Shown here: positions 12,345-26,366 of the stretch, piece by piece
Layout: each line of letters opens with the position of its first letter
Numbering within the stretch: the first letter of the stretch is position 1
Assembly (NCBI GenBank): GCA_951406725.2
Contig: OX597837.1
Location: 23,250,001 to 23,314,000 of the forward strand
Direction: 5' to 3'
Length of the DNA stretch: 64,000 nt
From: Octopus vulgaris
Lineage: Eukaryota
The notes under the pieces: model-generated
Database searches by the model: none
The model's input: the letters and a program-made list of their open reading frames with translations, nothing else
Told to the model about the DNA's origin: nothing
Program-made: the position numbers and the translations under genes

Positions 12345-12450
12345 GTGTTGCTTGGTTCTGCACACATTTTACGCCGAGTACTCTCCATGAGATGAGGACC
12401 TGCTGTGACCCTAGGGTAAAGGGATGACCCTGGTTCAGCAGAAGACAATG
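12345..12450 (+). pseudogene. R4/Dong-like LINE extreme C-terminus and 3' UTR
   Basis: GTGTTGCTTGGTTCTGCACACATTTTACGCCGAGTACTC encodes VLLGSAHILRRVL, the LLGTAxILRxVL end motif of restriction-like-endonuclease LINEs. Confidence 0.6.
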
Positions 12451-12459
12451 GGCCATATT

Positions 12460-13200
12460 TTGTTCCTCTTCGCATATTTTTTTTGGTATATATTGCGTGT
12501 TATTTTCCTTTGATTTTTGAATTCTTACTCCCTTTTTTATTTTCCCCAACCGTTTGGGAATTTTTTCCCTAATTATTATTTCTGTCATATCATAATCCTA
12601 CAAGTTGGTACTGTTAAGAGCCAAGTTATTTGCTCATCTACTTCTGATACTGGGTCTAAAGATATTCCCTTTGCCATCCTCAGAGTTTTGGTTGATGATA
12701 ATCTGGAAAACTGGTGTTTGTGCTTTTTGCTGTTACAGTTGATCCTCATTATTTTCATTTTCCTTTTGCTTTCCCCGAATCTTCTCAGCTTTTCTGGGCA
12801 GTCAGCTTTAAGGTGTGTTTTACTCCAACAAATGTAACATCTAAGTATTCTTTTCTGTATCAGTAATCTCACGCACTTTGTCCTGGTGCCTTTTATGAGG
12901 CACAGTTCTGGTATGGCTCTGTGGCTTTAGGATATTATTAGGATTTGTAAATCCTTTTTAATGCTCACTGATCATAAGTCACCTTTCATAAACCCTGCGT
13001 TGACCATTCTCTGATATCCATTCTATGATACAAATACAACCCCTAGTCAAAAATCTCCATCATTTTTGATGTTTCTTATTGTCACTCTGAATCACAAACA
13101 TATAGTGAGGCATATGTGTAACAGGTTCAGCTTGTGTTTTGGCTGTGTTTTCCGTTCGAAAGGTACTGCATTCAGTACCATGCTTTTAACCTTTTCAGGA
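12460..13200 (-). pseudogene. Degraded LINE ORF1/gag-like region with a zinc knuckle (Tx1/L1-like, tentative)
   Basis: CYICWSKTHLKADC (CX2CX4HX4C) in ORF 12585..12872, followed by a Lys-rich low-complexity region. Confidence 0.55.
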
Positions 13201-13216
13201 CAGAAAATATCTCTGG

Positions 13217-13634
13217 TACGGTGGTGAGCTGTCAGAAACATTAGCATGTTGGGCGAAATGCTTAGCGGTATTTCGTCTGCCATTACGTTCTTAGTTCAAA
13301 TTCTGCCGAGGTTGACTTGGCCTTTCATCCTTTCAGGGTCGATTAAATAAGTACCAGTTACACACTGGGGTCGATATAATCGACTTAATCCATTTGTCTG
13401 TCCTTGTTTGTCCTCTCTGTGTTTAGCCCCTTGTGGGTAGTAAAGAAATAGGTATTTCATCTGCCGTTATGTTCTTAGTTCAAATTCCGCCAAGGTTGAC
13501 TTTGCCTTTCATCCTTTCTGGGATGATAAATAAAGTACCAGGTACGCACTGGGGTCGATGTAATCGACTTAACCCCTTTGTCTGTCCTTGTTTGTCCCCT
13601 CTATGTTTTGCTCCTTGTGGGCAATAAAGAAATA
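13217..13634 (+). mobile_element. SINE family B head-to-tail dimer
   Basis: A full monomer is followed by a head-truncated second copy joined at GGTATTT. A single TSD AGAAAATATCTCTGG lies at 13202-13216 and 13635-13649. Confidence 0.88.
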
Positions 13635-14572
13635 AGAAAATATCTCTGGATGTGTCCTGGGGAACCTGTGGTCCTACTTGAAGTGAGGAAAAATTTAATC
13701 TGATTCCATCTTTTTTTGTCAACAAAGATATATAGTTTTTCTCTATGGCATCTTCTGGATTATCTCTTCTAGCAAAGGAATGCTATTCAGTTTTATAAAA
13801 TTCCCCCACCTACACATTTTTCTCATAAATGTGATAGCTCTAAAAATTCCATTAGTTCATTTTGTATTGAAGGAAATTTAGCCTTCACACAACTGTAATA
13901 TGAATGAGCTGCAGTATTTGACTTCATGTAAGAATCACTACTGCTATTGTTGTTATTATTACTGCTGCTGTCTTCAAGATAAGCTTATTTGAGTATTTGG
14001 AACATTTTCTTCCATGTTTATGAAACTGTTGCTTATTTTATTCTTCTTGTACATTTTAATTGTGTTTTAGATTTGTGTTTCGTTTTTTCTTTTTTTGATG
14101 CCATTGTACTGTTGGTCTTGTTGCATAATTATGTGTGGTAGCCATTTTGGATGAGAAAATGTAATGCGTAGGAATAAAATTTGAAAAGTTTATGAATCAT
14201 ACCTCTCTTTCTATTGTCTGCTTGCAGATATCAAGGGCAGCCCTTCAATTATCGACAATTATAGTTCTTTTTACATGTACTCCAATGAAAACTTTTATTC
14301 GGTAATGCTTAAAATGATATTGCAAAGCCAGAGTGAAAAAAAAAACCTATATTCACATAATAATAGTAATAATAATTCTTTCTTCGATAGGAACAGGGCT
14401 TGAAATTTTGAGGAGTAGGGGCAGGTTGACTACATTGGCCCCCTCCAGTGCTCAACTGGTACTTATTTCATCAAAAGCAAAAGGATGACAATTAAAGTTG
14501 GCCTCAGTGGAATTTGAACTCAGAACATAAAGCTGGATGAAATGCCACTAAGCATTCAGCCAGCTTACCTTG

Positions 14573-14703
14573 CATAATAATAATAATAATAATAATAATA
14601 ATAGTAATAGTAATAATAATAATAATAATAATAATGATGATGATGATGATGATCATCATCATCATGATGACAATGATGTTGATGATGATGATGATGATGA
14701 TGT

Positions 14704-14734
<31 letters not shown>

Positions 14735-14735
14735 A

Positions 14736-14770
<35 letters not shown>

Positions 14771-14796
14771 AACAATGATGATGATAATAATAATAA
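14573..14796. repeat. (AAT)n/(GAT)n compound microsatellite
   Basis: Direct observation. Confidence 0.95.
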
Positions 14797-15340
14797 AATG
14801 CCCTGATACAGTACCAGCTAGTGGCTCTCACGGCTTCTGATCTTAACTGATTGGAAGTGTTATTATGTACATTGTTTTGTCTTGGTATAAAAGATGGGCC
14901 ATGGCAAATATTCTGCTCAATACCACAGATTTGCTTGTCAGTTGTTTGACCTTAACCAGTTGAGCATGTTCCTTAGTGGCTGATGATATGTGCATCTCTG
15001 ATCACGAGCAGAAGTAGGGCAGGAGCATCATAGCCATGTGTTGAAAGGAATTCTTGGAGGTTTGGATAATTCACTTTTGGAAACATGGGTGGTTCGTTCT
15101 ACATCTTTAAACAATCCTTATTCAGGGACCTTTTGAGTGGGATGGGCTACTCGACCAGAAGAAAATTCTAACTGGGCCCCACCTGCAAGGTCATGCGCTG
15201 TTTATCTTGATATGAGATCACCATCTCGTGCACATATGGTTGTGATGCATGTGCCTGGTGTAGCCTTTTCAGATGGGTATACTGGGCTTCGTATATTTTA
15301 CCCGAGTGTCCCTTTGATGGCATGCACTGCTCTCTCACTC
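14797..15340 (+). mobile_element. Family E element in (AAT)n
   Basis: Paralog of 11741-12299; followed by (AAT)n at 15341-15445. Confidence 0.8.
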
Positions 15341-15353
15341 TATAATAATAATG

Positions 15354-15417
<64 letters not shown>

Positions 15418-16353
15418 TATTAATAATAATAATAATAATAATAATAGGCACAGGAGTGGCTGTGTGGTAAGTAGCTTGCTTACCAACCCTCTCTTCCTGA
15501 GGGTGCCTTTCCATGAGGATACCTTTTTCTGAAGCTACCTTTTCCTGAGGGTAACTTTTCATAGGTACCAATAACATTTTCCTCATTGCCATTTCTTACT
15601 CACATCATTCAGGCAAGGAAGCACTCTTATTTGTGACAAACAGCTTCCACACTTTTCTTTTGCCTGGAGTTCATTTATATCATGTTACTCTTTGTGATGT
15701 GCAATGCTTGCAAAAGATGAATTACTGCTGATGATGATGCTTTTGCTGTTGTCATTTGAATATGCATTTTCTTTCAGTTTTTGTTTTGTTCTTTTCAAAT
15801 GGCAACTGTTTGTGCCATTAAGCGTGCCATTAAGTTTGTCATTCTTTAAAATTTTTCTCTTTCCTAATCATTATATTAATGATTTTATATGTATAAAAAT
15901 ACATACATATAACTTCCTAATATATTTTTACAAAATTTAAGAGATTTTCAAAATTAGAAAATTAGAAATTTTTTTTAAATTCATAAAAATTTAATAAAAT
16001 AAAATTAAACACCTAAATATACAATAGCGATATATATAGAAAGTGCGAAACATAAAGAAACCCTCATCGACTATTTTATAAAAACGTCAAATTAAACCGT
16101 CTATCTATATAAACTTAATGGGAATTAATAATTTATTGTGAAATTTATCCCTATCAAAACTATTATATATTACCATTATTATGACAAACGTAAGTTAATA
16201 ATATTGAATTTGGTAGGCGGAAGTTACTGCCGTGTGTGTATATGCATGTGCAGGTGCTTGTGCCTCTCCAAGAGAGAGAGAGAGAGGGATATATACTTAT
16301 ATATATGCTTATATAGACACACATACATACATATGTGCATGTGTGTGTGTGTG

Positions 16354-16391
<38 letters not shown>

Positions 16392-16448
16392 TATATATAA
16401 AAGAGGGGTGTCTATTTACTTTAGACACTCTGTGTATAAATACATATA

Positions 16449-16527
<79 letters not shown>

Positions 16528-16941
16528 TAGATTCCATCTGTGTTTGATTACATGCACAACACACACAAACACAAACATACTCATTCTCTAGCTCTCTCTC
16601 TCTCTCTCTCACACACACTCACACACACACACACACACACACATACACACATTCTCTCTCACTCTCTCTCTTTCTTACACACACATACACACAAGCACAC
16701 ACACACACAGGCACACACATGCACACACATACACACACCCATGCATATAATCAAGTGTAGACTCACTGTACGCCTGTGATCTTTTAGATGTGATTCATAA
16801 ACTGCATCTGAAAAGATCACAGACCTATTCTACCTCTGTGTGAAAGATTAAGCAATGCTGTATTGAACCATAAGCCATTTCATTATAAGTTATATTCTCC
16901 ATACAATGTACCGAATGGCCTTTCTTTCCATTTATACATAT

Positions 16942-17327
16942 GATGGAAGCACTCCGTCGGTTACGACGACGAGGGTTCCGGTTGATCCGATCAACGGAAC
17001 AGCCTGCTCATGAAATTAACGTGTAAGTGGCTGAGCACTCCACAGACACGTGTACCCTTAACGTAGTTCTCGGGGATATTCAGCGTGACACAGAGAGTGA
17101 CAAGGCCGGCCCTTTGAAGTACAGGTACGACAGAAACAGGAAGTAAGAGTGAGAGAAAGTTGTGGTGAAAGAGTACAGCAGGGATCACCACCATCCCCTG
17201 CCGGAGCCTCATGGAGCTTTAGGTGTTTTCGCTCAATAAGCACTCACAACGCCCGATCTGGGAATCGAAACCGCGATCCTACGACCGCAAGTCCGCTGCC
17301 CTAACCACTGGGCCATTGCACCTCTAC
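16942..17327 (-). mobile_element. SINE family A, full length
   Basis: Reverse complement of 3399-3785. TSD TTATACATAT at 16932-16941 and 17328-17337. Confidence 0.92.
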
Positions 17328-17816
17328 TTATACATATAAACACACATGCGCACATGCATGTGTATGTGTTTATGTATGTGTGGATGTGTATACAGTTATC
17401 ATCATCATCATATTCATTAACTTAATGTTCATATTTCTGTGCTTGCATGGGTTAGACTCAGATCATTGAGGCAGATTTTCTATGGTTGGATGCCCTTCCT
17501 GTCACCAACCTTCACTTGTTTCCAAACAGGGTAATATTTCCCCTGGTCAGTCATATTCTTGCAAAATATTGGAAATGAATGAACGACACTGCTAGTATGA
17601 TAGTGATACTCATTTTACAAATATCACACAATGCTAAAATAATGAGACTCAAGCATAAACACACTAACACACACATACACATATAGATGGTGGCTGCCCC
17701 CTCGTTATCGAGTATGGCCATTGCACGAAGCTTAATTAATGTTGTTATCGTGCAATGCCTGATAATAAGGATATAACAACAGGTGTCATTCGACTGAGAA
17801 CAAATCAAATTGATGT

Positions 17817-18590
<774 letters not shown>

Positions 18591-19665
18591 AACATAACAT
18601 AGATACATATATACATACATACGTACATGCATACATACATGCATACTTACATACATATATGTATGTATATATGTATGTGTATATATATATATATATATAT
18701 GTATATATGTGTGTCCAAATATTTGAATGTATACTGAGAAATTGTCTTAGCCTGTTTGCTTTTGGACGATTGATTTCTGTAGTTATTATCAGTGTATTTT
18801 GGCAATTTAAATAAGAGTTTTGACTGTTATTTCCAGCAGGTAGGCATACTTAGTATGCCCTTTGATTAGTTTTAATCTTTCAGGTATTCAATGCTTTTTT
18901 TGGGCCTGCAATCACCTATATAATTGATTCTGTTATTATCAGTTTCAAATTGTTACACTAGATAATAATAGAGTCAATGATATCTTTGCAAATACTTTCT
19001 CCTGAATTATTTGCTCTGTATTGAAATATATATACATACATACATACATACATACATACATACATACATACGTACGTTCGTACATACATACGTACGTACA
19101 TATGTACATACATACGTACGTACGTACATACATACATACATACATACATACATACATACATACATACATGCATGCATACATACATACATACATACATATA
19201 TATATATGTATGTATATGGAACAAAAATGCAATAAAGGACAATAAAACATTCGGACAGATAGATGATACAAGGGCAAATTGGAGAAACAACAATTAGAAA
19301 GACAGGCAAAAAAAGACGGGTCATTCATGGCTTTCTTTTCTCAGTCAAGTTACCAGAAGTCCTTACTGTTTCGGGCAGTTACACTTGAGATAATTCGATC
19401 TGGTTGCCCCCCAAAAAAGTCTAAGCTAAGAGCATTAGATTTTTTTTTGTAAGAAAGCTAGTGAATGTGTACAGTAACAAAGACAAAAAACGGGGAACAT
19501 GGTACACATTTAAAAATACTAATAACAAGGATATAACAACAGGTGTCGTTCGACAGAGAACAAATCAAATTGATGTATACACACACACACACGGACATAT
19601 ATATACATATATATACATATATACATATATATATATATGTATGTATATATATATATATGTAGATA

Positions 19666-19711
<46 letters not shown>

Positions 19712-19759
19712 CACACATATATATATATATACACACACACACACATATATATATACATA

Positions 19760-20255
19760 TCATCATCATCATCATCATTCTTTAACGTCTGTTTTTCATG
19801 CAGACTGCAGGATAGTTTGACCAGAGCTGGTAAGCAAGAGAGCCACACCAGATTCCAGTCTGATTTAGCTTGGTTTCTATGGCTGGGTGCCCTTCTTAAT
19901 GCCAACCACTTTACAGTGTGCGTCGGGTGCTTTTAATGTGGCACCGGCTTGAGCGCTTCTATATGGTGGCAGTACAAGTGCTTTTACATGGCACCAGTAC
20001 AAGGCTCTTGCAGGACAATCTTCTTCATCAGGAGGAGAGACCTTAAAACTTCTGCTGTGGAGGGCAAGTCTTCTTGAGTACAGCAAGACTCCAGATATCT
20101 CAGTCCTTTGTGTTCTCCTTGTTAATTCAATATCTTTAAGTTGTCCTTCAGTACTTTGTGTCATGTCTTTCTTGGTTTCCATTTTCCATGAATTTCATCC
20201 ACTTTGAGTAAGTGGCACTTCTTTATGAAGCTGTTGACATCTATCTGCTTCGCAG
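19760..20255 (-). mobile_element. Family D copy retaining RTE C-terminal coding remnant
   Basis: Upstream part translates to ..SFIKKCHLLKVDE..GKWKPRKT.. (RTE motif VKKC...GRPRKTW), then continues into the D 3' UTR and (GAT)n. Confidence 0.7.
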
Positions 20256-20419
20256 GACCAAATCAGTGCAGTCTTCTCTCTCACACACTACACCAAACTT
20301 CACACACTCACACACACACACATATATCTAAAGTAAACAGAAAATTGAGAAATATTGATCAACAACAATTGACTTACAGCAATTATTGTTTTTTAATTTA
20401 ATACATATAGACTGCATCC

Positions 20420-20536
20420 CATCTAACAGCTGTTTCTGCTTCCAGTGTTATATGGTATTGCAATTGATATTGTAAAAATAATATTCATCATATTTGGTAA
20501 TAAATCCAATCTGGAACATAGAGCTTCATCAGAGTG
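20420..20536 (-). ncRNA. Degenerate hammerhead motif with long stem II
   Basis: Minus strand reads CTGATGA-AGC...TTCCAG..CTGGAA-GCA-GAAAC-AGCT-GTTA, with palindromic stem III AACAGCTGTT. Stem I is weak. Confidence 0.5.
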
Positions 20537-20997
20537 AAGAAAAATACATACATGAAAGAAAAGAAAAGAAAAGGAGAGCCTAGAGAAGAAAAGGAAAGGC
20601 TGAATATGCTTAAATCATGCTATTTGGCTCATGGAAATTCCTCATCTCCGCACCTTTGTACAATGTGAAAAATAAGAAATACCATTTGTACATGAATGAA
20701 AAATTTTTCATATTAGAGGCCCGACTCCCATTACTTAACTTGAGGGAAGAGAGAAATATAGTTTGCCTGCACAAAGGTAAATTTACCTTCTCTAGATATA
20801 AATAATATTAGGGATCCTTTTTGCATCATCTCCACAAATAGCACTCAGAGTTCTTCACCATAGAAATAGCAGAGTTCGATACTAAATGGTGGCATGTATT
20901 ACATTCCATTTAAAACTGGTTTAATAGACTTACACACCTAAGCCTCTTATAGATAATCCAGTATTAATATCCCTACACTAAACCAATCCGAGTTTAA

Positions 20998-21219
20998 CCC
21001 TTTCATTACCAACCCGGCTGAAACCGGCTCTGGCTCAGTAGTACAAATATCTTGTTTTCATAAGTTCTGCATTAAAATCTTCCACCAAACCTTAGTCACA
21101 ATTTACGTTCCTAACAGTAGCTAAATGATAGCTAAGTTATTTTACTAAATTCTTTGTTTATATTTCAAGTAATTGAAAGGAACAGAGAGCATCTCAAAAT
21201 AAATACAGTAACAAAAGGG
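20998..21219. mobile_element. piggyBac-type MITE
   Basis: TTAA TSDs (20994-97, 21220-23); TIRs CCCTTTCATTAC / GTAACAAAAGGG. Confidence 0.85.
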
Positions 21220-21777
21220 TTAAAATTTCACCACCCACACATAACTAAATTATATAATATTATTTCTATTTACTACTCCTCAATATAACTTTCTCACCCT
21301 GCTTTTTAACCATATAATACCAGTTCTATTAACTCTTAACTTAATTTAGACTATAGAGAGCACAAATATCCATTCCCCTTTCATTACTCCCCACCCAGAT
21401 GGAACCTTGGCCTGACACCTTAGCAATGAATTATTTTCGCTTTATTTGCAACTAACTTTACTTTTCTATACTATATAATAACTTGTTTCACTTAACTTAT
21501 TTTCATTCTGAACTTAATTTCAGTCAGCATGGGGCTACCTCTATTTATTAAAGACCCTCTATTAGATTTACTCATTTCAAAACCCTCCTCCCCGTATAAC
21601 AAAATTTTTTTAGCACTTTAATATTAACTTCACACATCTTTTAGTTCGTATTTACCTGTACTTTGTATTGCAGTTAGTGTTTTTCTATGAACTATTACTG
21701 TTGTTAGGTGTATTAATACATACAAGGAAGTGCAATTGTGGAAGCTCCCATATGTATGCACCCAAACATTGGTTGAT

Positions 21778-21890
<113 letters not shown>

Positions 21891-22227
21891 AATAATAATA
21901 ATAATGATGATGATAATAATAATAATAATAATAATGTGGGCAATAAAAAAATATATTATAATCTCCCAGTTGAGGTCACGTCCCTAGTCATTACCTCCCC
22001 TTAACTTTATCATCTTTATCACCCTCCCTATTTCTTTTCCTATGGAATTAATTCCCTTCCTTGTTTACTAATTTCAAATTTGTATTTCATAAAGCTTTTA
22101 GACCTTAACCCTGACTCCAACTGCTGTGATTCCTAATTGTCCAAATAGATACCTCTCTATGTTTTAATGATACTGCTGATATTGTTCATTCCTTCACATT
22201 GTACTTGTTTTCATGCTTGTTTATTTT

Positions 22228-22355
22228 TAGGAGTGGCTGTGTGGTAAGTAGCATGCTTATGAACCACATGGTTCCGGGTTCAGTTCCACTGTGTGGCACC
22301 TTGGGCAAGTGTTTTCTACTATAGCCTTGGGTGGACCAAAGCCTTGTGAGTGGAT
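22228..22355 (+). mobile_element. SINE family C 5' half
   Basis: AGGAGTGGCTGTGTGGTAAG...GGCACCTTGGGCAAGTG..CCAAAGCCTTGTGAGTGGAT. Confidence 0.8.
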
Positions 22356-22380
22356 GTGTATGTATGTATGTGTGGATGTA

Positions 22381-22413
<33 letters not shown>

Positions 22414-22659
22414 GTAATAAATAAAATATATGCATACATACAAACATATATGTATGTACCGACATCTACATGTATATATACATGCATATATAAATATATA
22501 TACGTACAGGACATCACAGGAAGACGAAAAAATCAACAGAACGAAAACGGAAAAGACATTTTGTTACAACAGAAGGACAGAGACGTGGAACAAGACGAAA
22601 CGAAAACGAAAACGGGAAAAACAATTATGTGCAACTGAAAAACGAAGTACAGGACATGC

Positions 22660-22691
<32 letters not shown>

Positions 22692-24123
22692 CTATATGTG
22701 GGTATGTAAATGGGAGGATTGGTGTGTATGTACATAACAACCTTATTCATTAATGCTAGTAGCGGCAGAACATATTTGTGTCCTGGTGGATGGCAAGCAC
22801 CAAGCATGCCATTTGACCTTATCAAAGCATGTTCAAAGAATAGCTGCTGATCATAAAAAAGCTATTTACATTAGTTTTGAAGAATCGCCATATAGGATTG
22901 CCCTGGTTAATAAAATCCAGAGTTACTCATTCACTTTCTTAATTAATTAATCTTAATAAAAGTGCTTTGATTGATTAGTACAGAACTAATAGAATATTAA
23001 CTTTTAATCAATGGCAAATCAATAAATTATAATTTAAGGAGAATAACTTAAAGAGAACTGTAGTTTAACAAAGTTCCCATGAAATTATAGAGGAGTGTGA
23101 GAGAAAAGAAGGATAAAGAGGTAAGGGAAAAGAAATAATAGAAAGAGAATAAGATAGATTAAATAGAGAAAGTGGAAAACAGTATTGGCATAAATGAATG
23201 ATTATGCATCCTAGACTAATGAAAGTATTATAGGCAATAATTGGTGCTAACCTAAAGGTATAAACTTATAAGTTTGCAAATTTACAAAATTATTTTAGTT
23301 AAATATAAAAATGTGCAGATATCAGTGATTTAACAGCAAAGAATTTATCAGTTGAAGGTCAGAAATAATAGAGAAAGAAACAGAGAACCAATATTCATGA
23401 AAACAGCATAAAAACTGCAGGCCAAACGTTTCTGCTAGCCAATATTGTCACAATATCATTTAGAATAAAGCAAATCAATAAAATTCATACATGTTCAGTA
23501 GACAGCTAATACATTACTATAATTATTTAAAACTATTAGGAGCAACAAGAAAAAGAGTTGATAAGAATCATAAAGAATTATAAAGGCCATACATACTAAT
23601 TAATGCTAACTAAATTTATAGAATTAAAATGAATTATAAAGAATTTTAAAGTCAGTGACTAAGGAGGAGGATGCAAATATTATTAAGATATCGCCTAAAG
23701 CTAGAAACAAATTGAATGTTATTAAATTATGTAAAATATCGATCAAATGGACTTACAGACATCTGTATCAGTTATTAGAACTAAGGCTGGGCAATGATAG
23801 CTTAAATATGATCAGTTATAAGCATGATAGTATAGGGAAACACTATGCTATTTAAAAATTATTCATAAATCTTATTACTAGTGATAAAGTCTATAATACA
23901 GGGATATAGATATGTATCTAGCAATTTACATTTCCTAGATGTTGGTAAACATGATTAGAAATTTCACTTGATCATCTGTTGATTAATTAATATGTTACTT
24001 CTCACTAGTTTATGTGGTAGCCTGATGAGTTGAGAGTTGCATAACATATTACATAATTTTATGGATGTTGTGCATACTGCATACTTAATTGTACTAGGTC
24101 TACATCACAATAAAGACTCTTAA

Positions 24124-24342
24124 CCCTTTAGTGTTCAGATTATTCTATCAAACATAATGCTTATTGATTCCCATTGATTTGAATTAATCATGCATTATCT
24201 CATATCTTCAAGATCTTGATGGTGTAATTACTTAATGTAGAATAACATTGTAGGGTAGGTGTGAGAGCCTGGATCTGGTCAGTTTGAACATAAAACAGAT
24301 TAACTATTTTGGCTGGATATGGCCGGTTTAAATACTAAAGGG
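24124..24342. mobile_element. piggyBac-type MITE (second family)
   Basis: TTAA TSDs; TIRs CCCTTTAGT / ACTAAAGGG. A truncated relative starts at ~39039. Confidence 0.85.
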
Positions 24343-24663
24343 TTAAAGCAATTGTAGCAATACCACTTAACCCATTCATCTGTTTTACTATATATTTGTG
24401 TGTGTGTATTTATGTGTGTCTTTGTATTTGTGCTTGTCTTCCATTGCTTGACAACCAGTGTTTTTTTTTTTTTTTTGCTTCATCTCCATAATTTTATAGT
24501 TCATTAGAAGAAATTGATGGAATAAGTATCAGGCTTTAGAAATAAGTACTAAGGTTGATTCTTTCAACTAAAACCCTTTAATGATGTGCTCCAGTGTGAT
24601 CACAGTCCAATGATTGAAACAAGTAAAAACTAAAGGATATTAATAGTTGTTAAAGTAATATTG

Positions 24664-24949
24664 CAGTTCTATATTTATGAGATGAGGAATTATGTACATT
24701 ATTTACGTTATTTATAATTGATGGATATTTGTCCTCATCTTGTTTGTTGTTAACACAACATTTCGGCTGATATACCCTCCAGCCTTCATCAGGTGTCTTG
24801 GGAAAATTTCGAACCTGGGTACTCATTCCTAAGATATATTTCAATGTTGTTGTTGTTGTTGTTATTATTATTATTATTATTATTGAGTGAGAGAGCAGTG
24901 CATGCCATCAAAGTGACACTGGGATAAAATATACGAAGCCCAGTATACC

Positions 24950-24996
<47 letters not shown>

Positions 24997-25205
24997 AGTC
25001 ACTGCCTGGAATTGAACTCGGAATTTTGGGGTTAGTAGCCCGCGCTCTTAACCACTACGCCATATGCTTAGGAATGAGAACCCAGGTTCGAAATTTCCCC
25101 AAGACACCTGATGAAGGCTTGGAGGGTATATCAGCCAAAACATTGTTAATAACAAACAAGATGAGGACAAATATCCGTCAATTGTAAATAATGTAAATAA
25201 TGTAC
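24664..25205 (-). mobile_element. Composite tRNA-headed hammerhead element with inverted terminal copy (candidate Penelope-dependent SINE)
   Basis: TSD AGTAATATTG at 24654-24663 and 25206-25215. tRNA-like head 25066-24997, hammerhead 24796-24753, inverted repeat 24693-24833 / 25067-25206. Confidence 0.78.
24753..24796 (-). ncRNA. Type-I minimal hammerhead ribozyme motif
   Basis: ACAC-CTGATGA-A-GGCTG-loop-CAGCC-GAAA-TGTT-GTGT. The mirror copy at ~25104-25150 has GAAA changed to AAAA. Confidence 0.75.
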
Positions 25206-25574
25206 AGTAATATTGGTTTTAAATTTTGGCACAAGGCCAGCAATTTCAGGGAAAGTAGGTAAGTCAGTTAAATCTACCCTAGTGCTCAGCTGGTACTTAT
25301 TTTATTAACCTAGAAATTATGAAAGGCTAAGTTGACCCCAGCATCATTTGAACTCGGAGTATAAAAATTGATGAAGTGGTTACAGTAATATTAAAGGTGA
25401 AATTCTGTATGCTTAGAAATTTCCTAACTATTAACGTACACACCATGTGTTCACAAATATGAAAGGTTTTATGCAGTCACTCAATCTGCTGGAAATAGCA
25501 GTCAAGTCACCTTCAATTTAGCAAGAAAGGCACATTGTAATGAAAACAAAACGTGATTAGGGATGTTGTTGATG

Positions 25575-25728
25575 AAGTCCGCCGAGGTTGACTTTGCCTT
25601 TCATCCTTTCGGGGTCGATAAATGAAGTACCAGTTACGCACTTGGGTCGATGTAATCGACTTAATACCTTTGTCTGTCCTTTTCTGTCTCCTCTATATTT
25701 AGCCCCTTGTGGGTAGTAAAGAAATAAG
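25575..25728 (+). mobile_element. SINE family B 3' part
   Basis: CCGCCGAGGTTGACTTTGCCTTTCATCC...GGGTAGTAAAGAAATA. Confidence 0.85.
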
Positions 25729-26323
25729 ATATTGTACAGTGTATAGTATTAAAGTAAATAGTGATGATAATGAAGATGATGTTGATGATGATAACGATGA
25801 TGATAATAATGAAGATGATGATGATGGGGATGATGACTATGACGATGATGATGATGATGTGGAGGAGGATGTAGACAACAACAATGATGTTGATAATGAT
25901 GACAATGATGATGATGACAACAACGACGATGATGACAATAATATTTATGACAAAGATGTATATTCTGAGTTTGCAGAATATATAAAAAAAAAATTTTTTT
26001 AATAAATGTCTTTAGCTAAACAATGTTCAAAGGACAATTTGAGCCTTTGATGAAGAAGACCAACTAAAATTCAATAATTTACCCAATTAAAAAGCAACCA
26101 GGAAATGTATTTAGGAGTGATGTAAATAAGTTCTAGTCTTTTCAAAGACTCTTCGTATTTGAAATGAATATAGACACAGGCATGGCTGTGTTGCAAGGAG
26201 TTGGCTTCCCAACCACATGATTCCAGGTTCAACTTGAGCATACATCTTCTACTATAGCTCCAAGCCAACCAATGACTTGTGAATGAATTTGGTAGATGGA
26301 AATCAAAAGAAGTCCATTGCATA

Positions 26324-26366
<43 letters not shown>

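Noticed and set aside
15488-15570. About four copies of an ~18-bp CCTTTTCCTGAGGGT repeat
   Set aside because: Short decayed tandem repeat with no supporting context.
25709-26002. Asp-rich ORF resembling an acidic biomineral protein
   Set aside because: It starts inside a SINE B tail and is a degenerate (GAT)n tract.
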